The notes below the pieces were generated by a model. That model was not told the DNA's origin. It saw only the letters and a program-made list of their open reading frames with translations, and did no database searches. From contig CM120646.1 of NCBI GenBank assembly GCA_051362555.1, positions 22,506,001 through 22,570,000 of the forward strand: a stretch of DNA of 64,000 bases, given 5' to 3'. Below are positions 1-13,300 of the stretch, in pieces. The translations under genes and the position numbers were made by a program. The stretch comes from Lingula anatina. Lineage: Eukaryota; Animalia; Brachiopoda. Each line of letters opens with the position of its first letter. Positions within the stretch are counted from its first letter, which is position 1.

Positions 1-717
1 ATATATGATGTGTAACATATGATGTTTAAGGGGCAAAACTGTTTGACTAAAGTGTTGGGCGTGTTTTTAAGAGGTCGGCTGAGCATCATATGCACAGTGT
101 AAGCAATTTTAAGCATGAAAATAAAACGCAATTTTTTTTGCTGGCCAATTGTAAATTGAAATTACAGCACAAACCATAAGGCACCCAAAAATAATTATGC
201 AGCATATATTTCAAAACAAATTGACTGCAAATTAAGCAAGATTTTGCACCTTCAAGTATCGTAACACGTTTTCATATCATATACATATTATTTCTACAAG
301 TATTTTCTGCCCAAAATACCAAAAAACGTGTTATCTCAGTATGTTGTTGGGAAAACTGCTTCTTTCTCTGAGCCCATGTCTTCACTCCCGTTCACCTCCA
401 GCTAAAAATGACCACTCAGGTACACCACTACGCCTACGTCTTACACCACTACACGTCACTTCCGGCACAATCCTGTCTCCTCCGGTACCCTCTATTGGGC
501 AAAGAGTTCATTGTTTAATGAACAGTTAAAAGTCGTTTAGCAAAGAGAAACACATACATTTACAAAATCTCTTCTCGTGCTGCAACATTACAGCTAGGAA
601 CTTTATTTTCAATCCGTACTCTATTTATTTTACATATTTTTTCATAAGACATGTAATGAAGCTACTTTACCTTTACCCTTTTGATTATCAACTCCCACCA
701 CTGCGTTTTACTTTCAG

Positions 718-1554
718 TCATTCGTGTTGGCACTATGTCGGATAACGGTTGAATATAACTACCAAATCCCTGTGTGGACGTGTACGCCTTCTAACCAGTG
801 TGATTTTATTGGGCTTGCAACGCCGTCGACTTTTACTACGGTAGGAAGACGAAAACGGGAAGGTAAGAGTGACACACCAGCGAACTGATACCCAAACTAC
901 TGATCTGTTACTCTGGGCTTTACAAGACCTCCTATTCTTATAATGAGAATTCCTTTTTGTTATCTCTGCGTATTTGTGCTTCCGGCATTTAATATAGTAT
1001 TGCGAAATCCAAATCACGTTTGTTGTTTTATTATCAAAAACATGATCTATAAGCAAATCTAAACGAAATAGCGGATTTGTGGTTCTCTAAAAAATGAATG
1101 AAAGCACTCACACTGAGACCGCATGCAGCAAGTTCGTACCGCCATAATGGGAAAGCGTTAGTGCGGGGGGGGGGGGGGCAAATTATTTTCACGTCCTGTT
1201 GATAGTAAATCGTTTTCCCCGTATTTTCCTAACCATGCAGGATTCACAATACATCACTATGCTAACCATCAGTTTGTTGCAATTTATCTTGCAGTCAACG
1301 AACCACCGGAGGCAGTTGAAGAAGATCACGGTGCCCGAATAACGGAGTCTCTATCCAGGATAACGAGAAGTGAAACCGAAAGTGATGTTAAACAGGAGGT
1401 CTTATCCGTCGGTGAGGTCAAAAAGAGGCCAAAACGTCGCCCTACGACCTTTGCCTGCACACCCAGTGTCCTATTATGGGCCAATATATTGACCATTTTC
1501 GGCTTCGGGGGCCAATCAAGTGTGTTTGAGTTTACCTGCGAGGTGCCTCCTTAA
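718..1554 (+). CDS. Candidate 3' part of an unknown, possibly propeptide-like protein (exons 718-862 and 1295-1554; start not identified)
   Basis: Acceptor ttttactttcag|718, donor 862|gtaaga (phase 1), branch-like gctaac at 1261, acceptor tcttgcag|1295. The join is open throughout: SFVLALCRITVEYNYQIPVWTCTPSNQCDFIGLATPSTFTTVGRRKRE-VNEPPEAVEEDH...KKRPKRRPTTFACTPSVLLWANILTIFGFGGQSSVFEFTCEVPP*. No family recognised. Confidence 0.5.
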
Positions 1555-1559
1555 AGTAA

Positions 1560-2280
1560 AAACTCAGAAATGTCCCATTTCAAGAAAGTAAGAGCGGTAA
1601 GATTCGTTCATTAGAAAAAAATAAATTAAACAAATCAGAATATTTTTTCGGCAATTATGTTATGGTAACAAGATAAACAAACAAAATATAATTCTAAAGG
1701 AAGTGAAATCTATCAAAATGTGTTAAACAGTAGAATATCTAAAAGATGCAAATATGATGCCTTTACTCGAAACCTATAACATAAGAAATTAAGGGACATG
1801 GGGAATAATATTCTTGAGAACATCACTCATGAAGAAGTAATATTTAATTAAAGGTCTGCTAGGCAATTGAAAGATAGGAAAAGACCACGCCCGCATGATA
1901 TACTTTAGAATTTTTAATTTTCTTGGCCGGATTTTGGGATATTATTCTTCAGATCAGTCAAAAAATTAATATTGCTGCAACGGGACAAACCGAGGGAATT
2001 TAAAAATATTATTATTGAATACCTCTTATTAAATTATGTCATAATATTGAACTATTAAATTAAAAACAATATAACCAGACATAGAAAATGGGGATCAGAA
2101 GGGATTCATCAGTGTAAAATCCGTAGATAATAATATAAGACGGCCGTATGATGTCAGGAACTATATGGAAGAACATGACGAAGACTTAAATGCTGATTGA
2201 GTTTGAATAAAATAAGATTGATTTGGAAAAAATAATCAAAATATTTGTTTGAACAAAAAGTTTGAACTTTGAACTAGGTG
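1560..2280 (+). mobile_element. Degenerate Tx1/L1-clade LINE ORF2 (reverse transcriptase) relic
   Basis: From 2075 it reads PDIENGDQKGFISVKSVDNNIRRPYDVRNYMEEHD, resembling the Tx1/L1 RT segment (I..DQ.GF..GR.I..NIR...D...Y). Surrounding A-rich sequence has stops and frameshifts. Boundaries are approximate and the relic may continue to ~3100. Confidence 0.6.
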
Positions 2281-2654
2281 TTATTCCACATGATAACTCG
2301 ACACCGTTTCAAATAGGTTGGGGGTGTTGGCAAGCTGACTCATATCACCGGGTATATTCATAATATGTGCAGAGATACTGGGGTTAATAGTTAGAAAAAA
2401 TTGAGAAAATTTGCGGGGACAGATTACAGGTTAAGATTTGCCAGTATGCCGAGGACACTACCTTAATTTCAGATGGATCGGAGGAATATCTGAAAATTGC
2501 ATTTTAAGTTTGTTAGGCCAATATTCAAAATATTCTCGTTTAAAGCAAAGTATCGACAAAACGAGATGTGCTTGACTTATAGAAAATAGAATTGTACCGA
2601 AAACAATGTGTAATAATTATGATTTACTGTGGTCCTTCATATTTCTGGCCATAA

Positions 2655-2700
<46 letters not shown>

Positions 2701-3549
2701 TAGAAATGAAGCAATGAAGCAAAAGTATCATTAGAAAGCTTAAGAGATAAAGTGTAGCTATGTGTCAATATAATGTTCGTACCGTTTATATTTCAAATAA
2801 TAATGAAAAGTATAAATAAATAATAATTTAAAAACCGAGGCTCAAGCCCAACAATAACTCTAGGTTATTTCGATATGTTTGTCTTACTGGTAGGAAGTGA
2901 ATGTGTTCTGGCAGTGTGAAATTCAGCAGAATACCGGCAGAAGGTTACTTTTAGGGAAAATGTGATTTTGCACAATGCCCGGTGATGGTATAGCATTTTA
3001 AGTAAAAATAATATATCAGAGTTTGGATTATAATGGCTAATGTGTTAGAAAACACTTTGAAAGAGTAAATAAAAGATGGAATAATGGTCGGATTATTAGT
3101 GTTGACTTGTTTTATCACGAAGAGGTCGGTAGGAGTCCTACTGCGTTTCTTATTAGGCCTACTGTGTACTTTGTGTCTTTATTTATTTTGTTATACTTAT
3201 TTTTCTTTTTTGATGTCTGCTTAATGACTTGGAGACCCGAAAATAAAGATAAGACTAACCAATATCGGTTTTGGTGCGTTTTCTTTTTTTCAACGATCGA
3301 GCGCCAGACAAGAATTGTTTTTGGCACACGTTTCTTGGCTCACTGAAAGTAAATATCATTGTATCAGATTTGATCTAATGGCTTTATTAAATAGGAAGAG
3401 TTTAATGAATGAATATAACAGTCGTTTATAAGTCTTAGCGGTCTTTGTTAGGGCCGATGGTTTACTTCTTTGTTTTGTTAGTCGTTTTGGGCAACAGACC
3501 CTCTGTTTTTCTCGGATGCTAGTGTCAGAAACTTAAGCTCGGGCGGGGT

Positions 3550-5412
3550 TCACTTTTGCAGTGCTATGGCCACACCCTTCCAGTCCCACACGGTCGTAGT
3601 TAACATGGACAGCATAAAACAGGCGACATTGGCCCTAGGAATCCCAATCAAGCCTTCGTTCAGATCTATACAGTACGCCTCCTTTGCTATGATCGGCTTG
3701 CCTGTCATAATGAAGATTAGTCATTTTGTAAAATTTGTAAAGAGTGAAACAACATTTTTATTTGATATGAAAGGCTATTGTGACATTATCTGAAAAATTA
3801 TCATACGTGGAGTATTTACACTAGCGCTCTTTTCGTTTCAGTAAACATGTAGTCTACTTTGCGAAGCGATTGCAGTAAAACGAGGATTGCAGCTTTAAGA
3901 AATGTCCTCACATTTTGTCAAAAAGTTTATAAATAACAGTGATTTCACAAAAAAAAAGAAATCCAGGCACAAAAGACAATTTCGTCTTGGCATCTAAACA
4001 AAATAAATGAAATTTAAAAAGAAAACACCCTCATGTCCAGCCACTCACCAGAGAGAGGCTCCTCGTTCAGTTCTGGGGGTCTCACGCACGTGTAGCGGAT
4101 ATCCTTGGCCTCCTCGGCCAGATAATTCTCCATCCTTCCCTGGTCCTCCGTGACAACGCCCACGTAGGACGGGTACCAGAAAGACTTGATTCTCTCGGGG
4201 GCCTCTGGAACTCCTGGATAACCAAATAAAACTACGGTGAAAAGGTACACCAGTTGCATGATTGACATAAAAAGACACCATATTATTGGTTTATCAGTGA
4301 TTCAGTTTTGTTGTTAATTTTAAAAACCATGCACCTTTGTTTTATTCAAATAAGTAAAAAAAAAATAGATGCAGACTAGGCTTTGACTTGGGGCACGCAG
4401 AGTACGTAGAGTTGTATTGGGCCTCTAGCTAGCACATACAAAGTTTTTTCTGACAAAAAACGACTTTTTACCCCGTTAACTGGCCAAACTTGAGAAATGA
4501 CATGAAATTAACCCAACTCAACCTTGGATTCAAAGCGGACTTTTCCTACCTAAAAATCGGTTATTTTGAACACATCACCCCAAACCGTACCTGCATACAC
4601 CTTTTACACGTTTGCTATGGCTGACTTATCTCCGACAATAAAGTGACCAGTAATATCTGAAACTTTGGAGACTTACGTACAGTACACCAGGCAGTAATGC
4701 ACACGAGTCTGTCCACCCCAGCCGCTCTCATGGCGCCTACGATGACCCGTATGGAGTCCGAGAAGAAGGTAAACTTGGCCTTGGTGTCCTCAGTAGGCAT
4801 GGCGCCGAGGCACGAAATCACGGCGTCTTGGTCCTTCATCCCGTCAGCCAGTGAGGCCTCGCTTGAGACGTCCCCCTTGATTATCTGAAAGCATGATTTA
4901 GTTTTCTTTAGAAGTCAGTTAATATCGTCGTTTTTACTATTATAGTTTGATCAACATCCATATTATTACTGATATTAGTTTGTTGTTGTAGAAATCACTA
5001 TCATTAGGCACCTGTCACCATCATAAAAATATCATAATATTAATAAAGGGGTAATTAACTTTCGTGCGCGCTCGGCTGACAGCAATTTAGCGTGAACCCC
5101 CAGGGAGTTAGGTCTATCCAGATGGATCGATCTAAATCTGTGGGAATGCAGTCTTAGTAGGGGATCCTAGTCAAAGAAAAGTCCAACCTGTTAAATACTG
5201 ATTTTTAACACGAAATTTACTTATCTATTCCACTGTATTTCATTGCAATCTTAGAACAAGAACAGACTGTCTTTTACCGTTAAGTTGTCGTCCCGCATTT
5301 TGACCTTGTCCGGGTTTCTGACCACTGCGGTCACTTGATGTCCAGCTTCCAGGGCCTGCTTGACCAGCTCCTTGCCGCATCCACCAGTGGCGCCGAGAAC
5401 AAACAGCTTCAT
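3550..5412 (-). CDS. BLVRB: Flavin reductase (NADPH)/biliverdin IX-beta reductase-like, 219 aa
   Basis: Exons 5412-5278, 4884-4677, 4213-4049, 3701-3550, all GT-AG and in phase (660 nt). MKLFVLGATGGCGKELVKQALEAGHQVTAVVRNPDK (Rossmann GxxGxxG), QDAVISCLG, AMRAAGVDRLVCITAW, YTCVRPPEL, IPRANVACFML. The AG immediately before the ATG implies an upstream UTR exon. Confidence 0.9.
5047..5150. mobile_element. Partial copy of the MITE found at 16568-16784
   Basis: ggggtaattaact...gctcggctgac.gcaatttagcgtgaacccccagggagttaggtc...ggatcgatctaaatct is shared with 16673-16784. Confidence 0.75.
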
Positions 5413-5567
5413 CTGAAAATAGTAAAGTAGTCACAGTTAGTGGCTACAGGCTGCAGGGAGTGGGGTTGGGGAGCTCCCATCCTTTCCCATCAAGGGATTT
5501 CTGATACAAAATGGAGATCTTTATATGGTGTTACAGTACATCAGAAGTCTGCAGTTCCAGATTACTT

Positions 5568-5570
<3 letters not shown>

Positions 5571-5602
<32 letters not shown>
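5571..5602. repeat. (AG)n microsatellite
   Basis: Direct reading of the sequence. Confidence 0.95.
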
Positions 5603-5606
<4 letters not shown>

Positions 5607-7304
5607 TTTCAGATAGCAGCATACCTCAGTTTCTATTCTTGTTTCTTTTGTTCCTAACTGTGATCAGGTATTACGGGTTATCTCCGCATTCAATGGTAGG
5701 GGCCTATACGTTGGCGAGAGTTTACAGACACCTCTATCCGTGCCGTCACTGTATATATATATAGCCACCGCCACCCAATCTGAACGGCAAACACTATAGT
5801 TTACGCAGTGTTAGTGAGGATAACGCAAGTCATTATAAACATTGCTCTATTTATACTAGGGGCCAGCTCAGTGATGACATTAATTCCATGCAAAAATTCT
5901 CTCTGGACAGTATGAAAATATGGTAAGAATTAGTCAGAGATATATCTGTGAATATTTTGTGAAACGTCAATCTGTAGCCCTGGTGAAGGGAAAGAAATGT
6001 GTACCCTCTTTGGGGTAACGCAATCCGCCCCCTTCTGCTCTTGGTGTCTTAGAAACACACGGCAAAATTCCCACCAACACAACTGGAAAATAAAATTGGC
6101 AATAAAAACAAATCCATTTTTTAACATACATTAATCTCTGTATAACTCGTCCCCTTATACTTGAAATTATATTTTACCTCGAATAAATGATGCGGAACGT
6201 ACTTATCGCTCGTCTTATCTTACACACTATTTAACATAACATACTCCAACAGCCCATTCTATTCCTCTACTTCATTAGGAAGAGATTGTCCAATCTTTGT
6301 ACCTTTGGTTTGCAAAGATCAACGATTCCGCATATATATATCTTCCATGTTCTGTAAGACGTTCTGGGAATGCAACCCTTTGCTTATGACCTATCTATGG
6401 CCTTTTAAAAATAGTTCGTGTCCGCGGAAAAATACATTGTATATGCTTCATTTCCTCGTCTCCTATGCTATCCATCTAAATATTCTTTTTTATTTTCAAA
6501 TAATAATGAAAACAAAACAATATTACTTGAAAGATTTTCATAGTTTTATTGTTATACATCTTATTTACAAGTGTATACATTTGCTCTACATACAATAACT
6601 AATCACTAAAATAACCAAAACACAAAAATTCACAGACGACACAACAAGTTATTTTGATTTTATGATAAATGGATAAAACGTATTATTGCAACATGAGAAA
6701 ATTGCACATTAAAACAGTATGAGTAAAATTAAGAAAGATAAAAGCAGATGCTCAATCAAAATATGTGTAAAATGTGACACCTTATACAAGTCACCTTAAG
6801 ATAAAGATGGGAATTGCTAATTTGACTAGTTGAACGTATGAATTCAACAAATAAAGAATAAATTCAATAATATATTAAGTTTTAAAAATCAGCAACAGAC
6901 AAAAAAAGAATAATAAAATTTAAGAGTGTACTAGGTAACATTTGTTCAGTTAAGAAATTTGGAAGAAATTCATATTTTTGCACAATGAATTAATATTAAT
7001 CATACAATGTTAAATTGGCTTTCATTCCAAAAACAAGTTATTGCAAGAATTTTAGCATTTGTGACCAATATACACTTTGGAATGTTAAATTGACCCAGGG
7101 GGGATGGATCACAAATGACCATCATCAGTTGACCATGCTTCACAGACCAGTATCAGCAAACAAAATGTGGAGAATTTTTTCAGAAGAAGCAAGTGCCTTG
7201 TTTGCCTCATCCTATCTAGGCTTTATATCTTATACTGGTCCCTTGTAACCGTAAATGGCACATTGATACTGATCACATGACTATCATGTGATCTGGTCAC
7301 ATGA

Positions 7305-9648
7305 TTACGTAGCGTCCTCTTCTCTGTGTACAATGACCTCGCACTCTGTGTTTATTGAGCTGGATGTTCCTGGGTTGCCAGAACTGGGATATAAAGAATA
7401 GCAATTTCATAGGAAAATAACACACTATGAATAAATAATTATATAATCATCTTGAGAGGGCAAGGAAAATCCCTATTTTAGAATACCACCTGTTGTGGTG
7501 ATCACAAATTGAATACTGAATGTGCAGTCTCCAGACATCAAGTTTACTGATATGACTGGCCGGTGGCCAAATATACAGCACCTATATGGTGACACCCAAC
7601 ATATAGGTGGTTCTGCACTACATTATCATACTTTACCACATGAACATGCATGCAGCATATTTCACTTGTATAAATAGGATATAAATGAGAAATGACAAAA
7701 TAAGACATTTTCTAGTATCTTATACTACCAGAAAATCTAATTAGAATTATTTATTGTCTTATGTTTTCACTGCTGCTTAGCAACTTTAGTCAAGACTATA
7801 TAAGACATATATCAAATCAAACAATTAACGGACATCTCATTCTTCAAATAAGAGAAATAAGAAACTCACTGGGAGTTGTCAAAGGCACATCCAGAGTGTA
7901 GAATCTCGTCCAGGACGCTCCTGTCATTGCCTTTCCCGTACACCACATGCATCATCTCATTGGTGGACAGTGACGACTGCAGGAACAGGTGGAATAAACT
8001 GTCCGACAGGTAAACTGTCTGGGAACAACACCTGGAAAGGGAAAAAACAGCTACTCAAAGATCATGCTCATTTTAAAACAATGAGGGCATAGAATATACA
8101 TAGCTAGTATACTTGCTATGGTAATGGTTTTAGTAATGATTCGTATAGGGCAGTGTTGTTGTGGAGATCTGTGACCCACCTGTTCCAACAGGAGCAATTG
8201 AGGATGGATAAGGTAAGGAAATGATTTGATTAAATTTCTAAATCTTGTTTAATGACATCTCACCAGTCACTCATAATTTATTTATCTTTTTATTTAATTT
8301 AATTTTCTTTTTTTAGCTTTTCTGTACTGAGTCAACCTTGCACAAGAAATGTTTGGAAAAACGGTTTTGGAAGCCAGGACATTTAAATTACTTATCTTCT
8401 AAACTAAAACTACATTTTTAATCCAAGTAAATGGTATAACTCACTCTTTGAGGAACTGTTCTAATCCTCTGCATCTATCAACTATGCAGTGGGGTTCAAA
8501 TTTGTCCCATTTCTTAGGAGGAAGACTCGGTGGGGAGCTGCAAACAATTATAAGATATTAAACAAATCAATTACTTTTTACCTTGGTTAATTTGTATTTG
8601 CTGGTGCATATGCATACTAATAGTAGGTACAACTGGACATATGCAAGCTCATTTTCACGTGTGGTTAAAAAAGGAACAAAATAAAAAATCACTTATTTCT
8701 CCAATCACCTAAACTAAAATCTGTGTTGCTTTAGGGCATTTGTAACCAATTCAATCTCCTGACTTTTTTTTCTGAAGTTCTAGTTACATACACATTACAT
8801 AATAAATCCAATACAAATAAATTTTTCTCATGCAGCATAGTTCTAGGACAACTTACTGGAAAGGATGATTCATTTTGAGCTGTTTTTTCAGCCAGTCAAA
8901 CTCTCTGTATCTCCTTCTTACTACTGATGATGGGTGGGAGAATGCAATACTGGAAGTCTAAAATGAAAAATATGTTTCAAAATAATACATGAATATGTAA
9001 ACACAAACACATTCACTCACACATTCATACAAACTTACAAATACACATATATATACCTTATTCACTAAAATTTACGGGATGACAGTGGGAAAGGGGCAGC
9101 AGCCTTAACAGATCAATTTTTTTTTTAACTTAACGTAATAGTGGTTGTGATGCAGATGGACAAACAACTGCAGGAAATAATAAACACATACATTTAACAA
9201 TGCCAATATGGATATCAGACCATGTGTTGCAAGGAAAGGAAGAAGAGAGACTAAAAAAATGTATTCAATAATTTACCAACCTCAAGAAGTATCTCATATG
9301 ATGTGTATTTTCCTGTCTCTTCTTGATCATGTGTCACTGGATTCCTCACCGTCACCTTGGTAAAATTCTGAAACATTAAATGCCATATTTTCACTAATCC
9401 TTTTTACATATGTTCCAATACAAATGTATATTAAGACTATTATACCCTTTATCAGCGAGAAATTGAACAAAAAGAGTCTGTGTCTGTCCCTGAAAGTGAT
9501 GGCACAATATATTTGACTGAATTTGAGATCAAGATGAGCAGCCCGAGAGCACTTTAGGACACATGACCATAATTTGCTGGAATAAGATACAATAATTTAC
9601 CAGGTACTAGTATAAACAATGACTCTGAGAAATGCTGAGCAAGAAAAT

Positions 9649-9683
<35 letters not shown>

Positions 9684-9973
9684 TATATCTTGTGGTTTCC
9701 GTCATCCCTCATTCTTGCTTCAGTTTTTTGGCCTAACATTCAAGTTACTAACTTCATACTGTATAAGACCAAAACCTGAGGAAAGCGAAATTACACTTAC
9801 AGGTAACAAAAGTTGAAACGCCACATTTCATTTTTAAATGCTGCAAACATCTGTCTGGCAGTATCTCAAACTAGCATACAGCTGTAACAGTGCAAAATCA
9901 CTTACAATTTTTGTTCAAAATATGACAAGACTATACTTTAAAGTTCACCTAACCTTACCCTGGTAGTATCCAT
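7305..9973 (-). CDS. SNX10: Sorting nexin-10/11-like PX-only protein, 178 aa
   Basis: Exons 9973-9959, 9367-9281, 8957-8857, 8537-8445, 8031-7870, 7383-7305 (537 nt, in phase). VTVRNPVTH..GKYTSYEILLETSSIAFSHPSSVVRRRYREFDWLKKQL..PPSLPPKK..DRCRGLEQFL..YLSDSLFHLFLQSSLS matches the SNX10/11 PX signature. SNX10 versus SNX11 cannot be resolved. Confidence 0.9.
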
Positions 9974-10337
9974 GGTTGCCCCCAAATTCTACACAAAAAT
10001 TACTTTCTTACACTGCGCCAGCAGTCATCATTCATTCATTCACAACTTGCTTCCGGGTGAAACCGGATGTTGACAACACTGAGGAACGAAAGAAAAGTCA
10101 GAGTGCTTCAATAACAGAAAAACAAAAACTCTTTGAAACAAACGGCTTTATTCTGATAATTTACTTTCTTTTTCAAAGTAAAAATATGCGCACTTTGTCA
10201 AAGTAAACGCCGTGACACGTAAATGTCAAGGTCTTGTTCATTGAATTAAGCGTAGTGATTTTAAAGAGTATGACTTCGCACTATTTTCTGTCGCACATGA
10301 ATAAGCTGTGAGTTGATCAGCATACACTTCCGTTAAG
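9974..10337. promoter_or_regulatory. Probable bidirectional promoter (SNX10-like / myosin light chain)
   Basis: Start codons point away from each other 364 nt apart. Inverted ETS-like pair cttccggg...ccggatg at ~10050-10069; cacttccg and YY1-like aagatggc at the light-chain ATG. Confidence 0.55.
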
Positions 10338-13300
10338 ATGGCTAAAACGGTAGGTCCTTCATTGTATTGGAATTTATTGAGATTTTAGAAATGTTCAGCG
10401 TCTTTTGTTCTTATATGAGTGACGCTATACTTTATTTTTCTCTATTTTCAGACAAAGCTTACTGACGATCAGATATTTGGTAAGTTAAATGTCACTTTTC
10501 TACCTTCTTAAGTAGGTCACTTAGTCTGGCTCGGCGCGTTCATTTAGCCACACCTATTTGAATGAAAATGGGGTGTTTATTGTACCCAGTGTTATTTGAG
10601 CGCGGATCTCTGTGGTCTTATTAAACACCTGAAACCCTCGGTGCATCAGTTTTATGCATGGTTTTCTGTTAAGTCGAAAAGTTGTGACTTGGAGCGGTAC
10701 AAACTGAAGTAAAATGTGGAAAATGAGTCATTGCTTCCACTGCACTGCCACTGGCAGAGTGTTATGGTTGTGACAACTTTTTCAAAAATGTGGAGACCAT
10801 ACAAATGGGTTGGTTTCTGCTGTCATTCACTCTCAGCTTAATATAATGAAAATTGAATTTAATGTTAATAAATTAGTCTTTGCCTTTGTGAAAAGGCTTT
10901 GTGTATACTGCAGTGTCATTACTGGGGATATTATTCTTACTATTACTGAATCATCATCAGTGGTGTTACTATCAGTGGCAGTGATACTGTTCTATAACTT
11001 GTAAACCCAATCACTTTTATTTTAAAGATAAATCTGATATTGAATAGGAATTAATTTGCATGTCTGTGACTTTGATTTGTTTTTATACAGGCAAGGATTA
11101 GGTGTGCCAATTATGACTAATTAGGCCATTGATAAGAAGAATAATTTTGATGATAGCATGTATTTAATTAAAAGATAACTTAGATTTATTTTAAAAAAAC
11201 AGGGAAAAAATGACAGCAACCAGTTCATACGTATACCCATGAAGAATTTATTTACATCCTCCCCCCCCCCCCCCCCCAAATCTCCCAAACCACCTGCTTC
11301 ATGATAGCACTTATAACTTATACTTGTATACAAAGGCATGGGTAGAGCAGCATACCAATTCTTATCTTAATACCTCACCACTGAGCAGTGCAGTCATTAA
11401 AACCACAGTTATGGCATGATTCATGTAACAGCTTGTGCTATAAATATAAATGTGTACACCACAATACTAAGACCAGGCATTGTTGAGACATGAATCACAA
11501 GTTTGTGCAGGAGAAGAAAAAAGACCTGTTTTAACCCTAAGTATTAATTATGTGATTACAAACAAGTTAACTGTTTTGGATCTTGAGGGCTATTGACTTA
11601 TGGAAATTGAAGAAATTTGAGTGCACCTTGTGCTGCTTAGCTGAAGTATGGAGTCCATTTAAAACAGGCTTGAGCTTTTAGGGCTTAGTGAAAACCACTC
11701 TCATTCTGGTTTGTACTTTATAAAGTCAATATGGAAGACTGACAGAAGAAATTAATGCTGATGGTGCCAAGCTAACATACAAGGGCCCACATACAATACC
11801 ATATTTATATGGAAATTTACATTTTGCGTACATCTGTTCTTTTTAATTTCATATCCATGGCTGATTTCGATTTATCAGCATTTACAAACATACAACAGGC
11901 TTACACTTGTTTACAAGATTTTCTGTAAATACCTTCCACAATTTACCTTGGTCTAAAGAATATGGCAAAAGAGAGAGGAGCCTTTCACTAACCTGTGTAG
12001 AATTTTTATAGTGGAATTACTACATAAGTGGTTGCCGGATGATAATTTTATGTACCATTTCCAAAGACCTCATTGTAGTCATTACTAGGTTGTTAAAACA
12101 AGCTTCATACACCCATACCTTTCTCTTCAGCTCATATTCAAGTGACCCCCTTTAGAAATTTTGATTGCATTCAGAATTTTATGGGCTGGTATTTGTGTTC
12201 TTGACCTTTTGACTTGCTGTAATGGCACCTTGTTTATGTTACACGACTCCCATGCTTTCTGGTATATTTGCAGTACCACAGTCCACTCTAGAGTATTAGA
12301 ATATATGATATGATTTACTCAAAGATGATAATCCTCTCCATAGCAATCATGGTTTAAACCTGCATATGGACTTTGTGGAGATAAAAGATTTTAGAAGAAA
12401 AAGTGGTCCATATGTGTTGTTTAGAATAAGCACAATCTTGGGGTTGTTTGTGTCATACCTCTCACACACATTAAGAAGGTACAAACAGGTATCATCATTA
12501 GGTTAATATACCTTGCTCTTTGACTACAGGAAATTTCATGATTAAGTGTACCTGGAAAGGGTATCACTTTTTTGTTTTCAAACACAGCAGTTTATTTTTT
12601 TTTAAAGCAACATGCATTTCCTGGATGATGTCTGTTGTCCAACATAGTCAGACTTCGTATAATTTTAGTATTTCATCTTTCAGATCTGCAGGAGACGTTC
12701 AACCTGTTTGACAACAGGGGAGATGGGAAGATCTATGCTGGAGAAATCGGCAATGTCCTCCGTGCCATGGGACAGAACCCAACTGAGGCCGACGTCAAGA
12801 AGTGCGTCTTCCAAGAGGATCCAGGTTGGAAGTCATTTTGATAATCAGTTTCTTTAATAACCTTTGGCTCCCCTCATTGTAAACCATTTTGGCAAAATGC
12901 TGAATACGAATTAAAAGGGAAATTAAAGATTAGTTGATTTTTTCCCCTTTTTTGGGTGAAAAATTGACACTTGTTTAAAGGTTTGATTTCATATTCAAGT
13001 CTAAGTGACCCCATTATTTACCCCTCCGATAACTAAAAATTTAACTGAGTAATAGATATCTTGGAGGTAATGGCTATTAAGGCACTTAAACAAATGACCT
13101 ATTTTTAGTGTCCAGAAAGCTTATTTCCAAAATTTTAAGTTGTCAAATTACGTATTATAACTAGAATAAAATGACCACTTACTAGTAGTTTTGGCCACTC
13201 CAAAGTAGAATGATTGGACCACTTAACTTTTGAAAATGTGCAACAAATAATGAAATGTTTTCACATTGCCTGTTGCAGACCAGACTATCCTGATTCTATA

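Noticed and set aside
341-529. 62-aa ORF with a Leu-rich start as first exon of the orphan gene
   Set aside because: Its plausible donor (cag|gtacac at ~420) is phase 1 in this frame, while exon 718 needs phase 0. An MTTQ mini-exon would fit but is unsupported.
2657-2699. Long poly-T tracts (also 14291-14343 and 24115-24158) as retrocopy tails
   Set aside because: No adjacent shared SINE body, processed gene or target duplication was recognisable.
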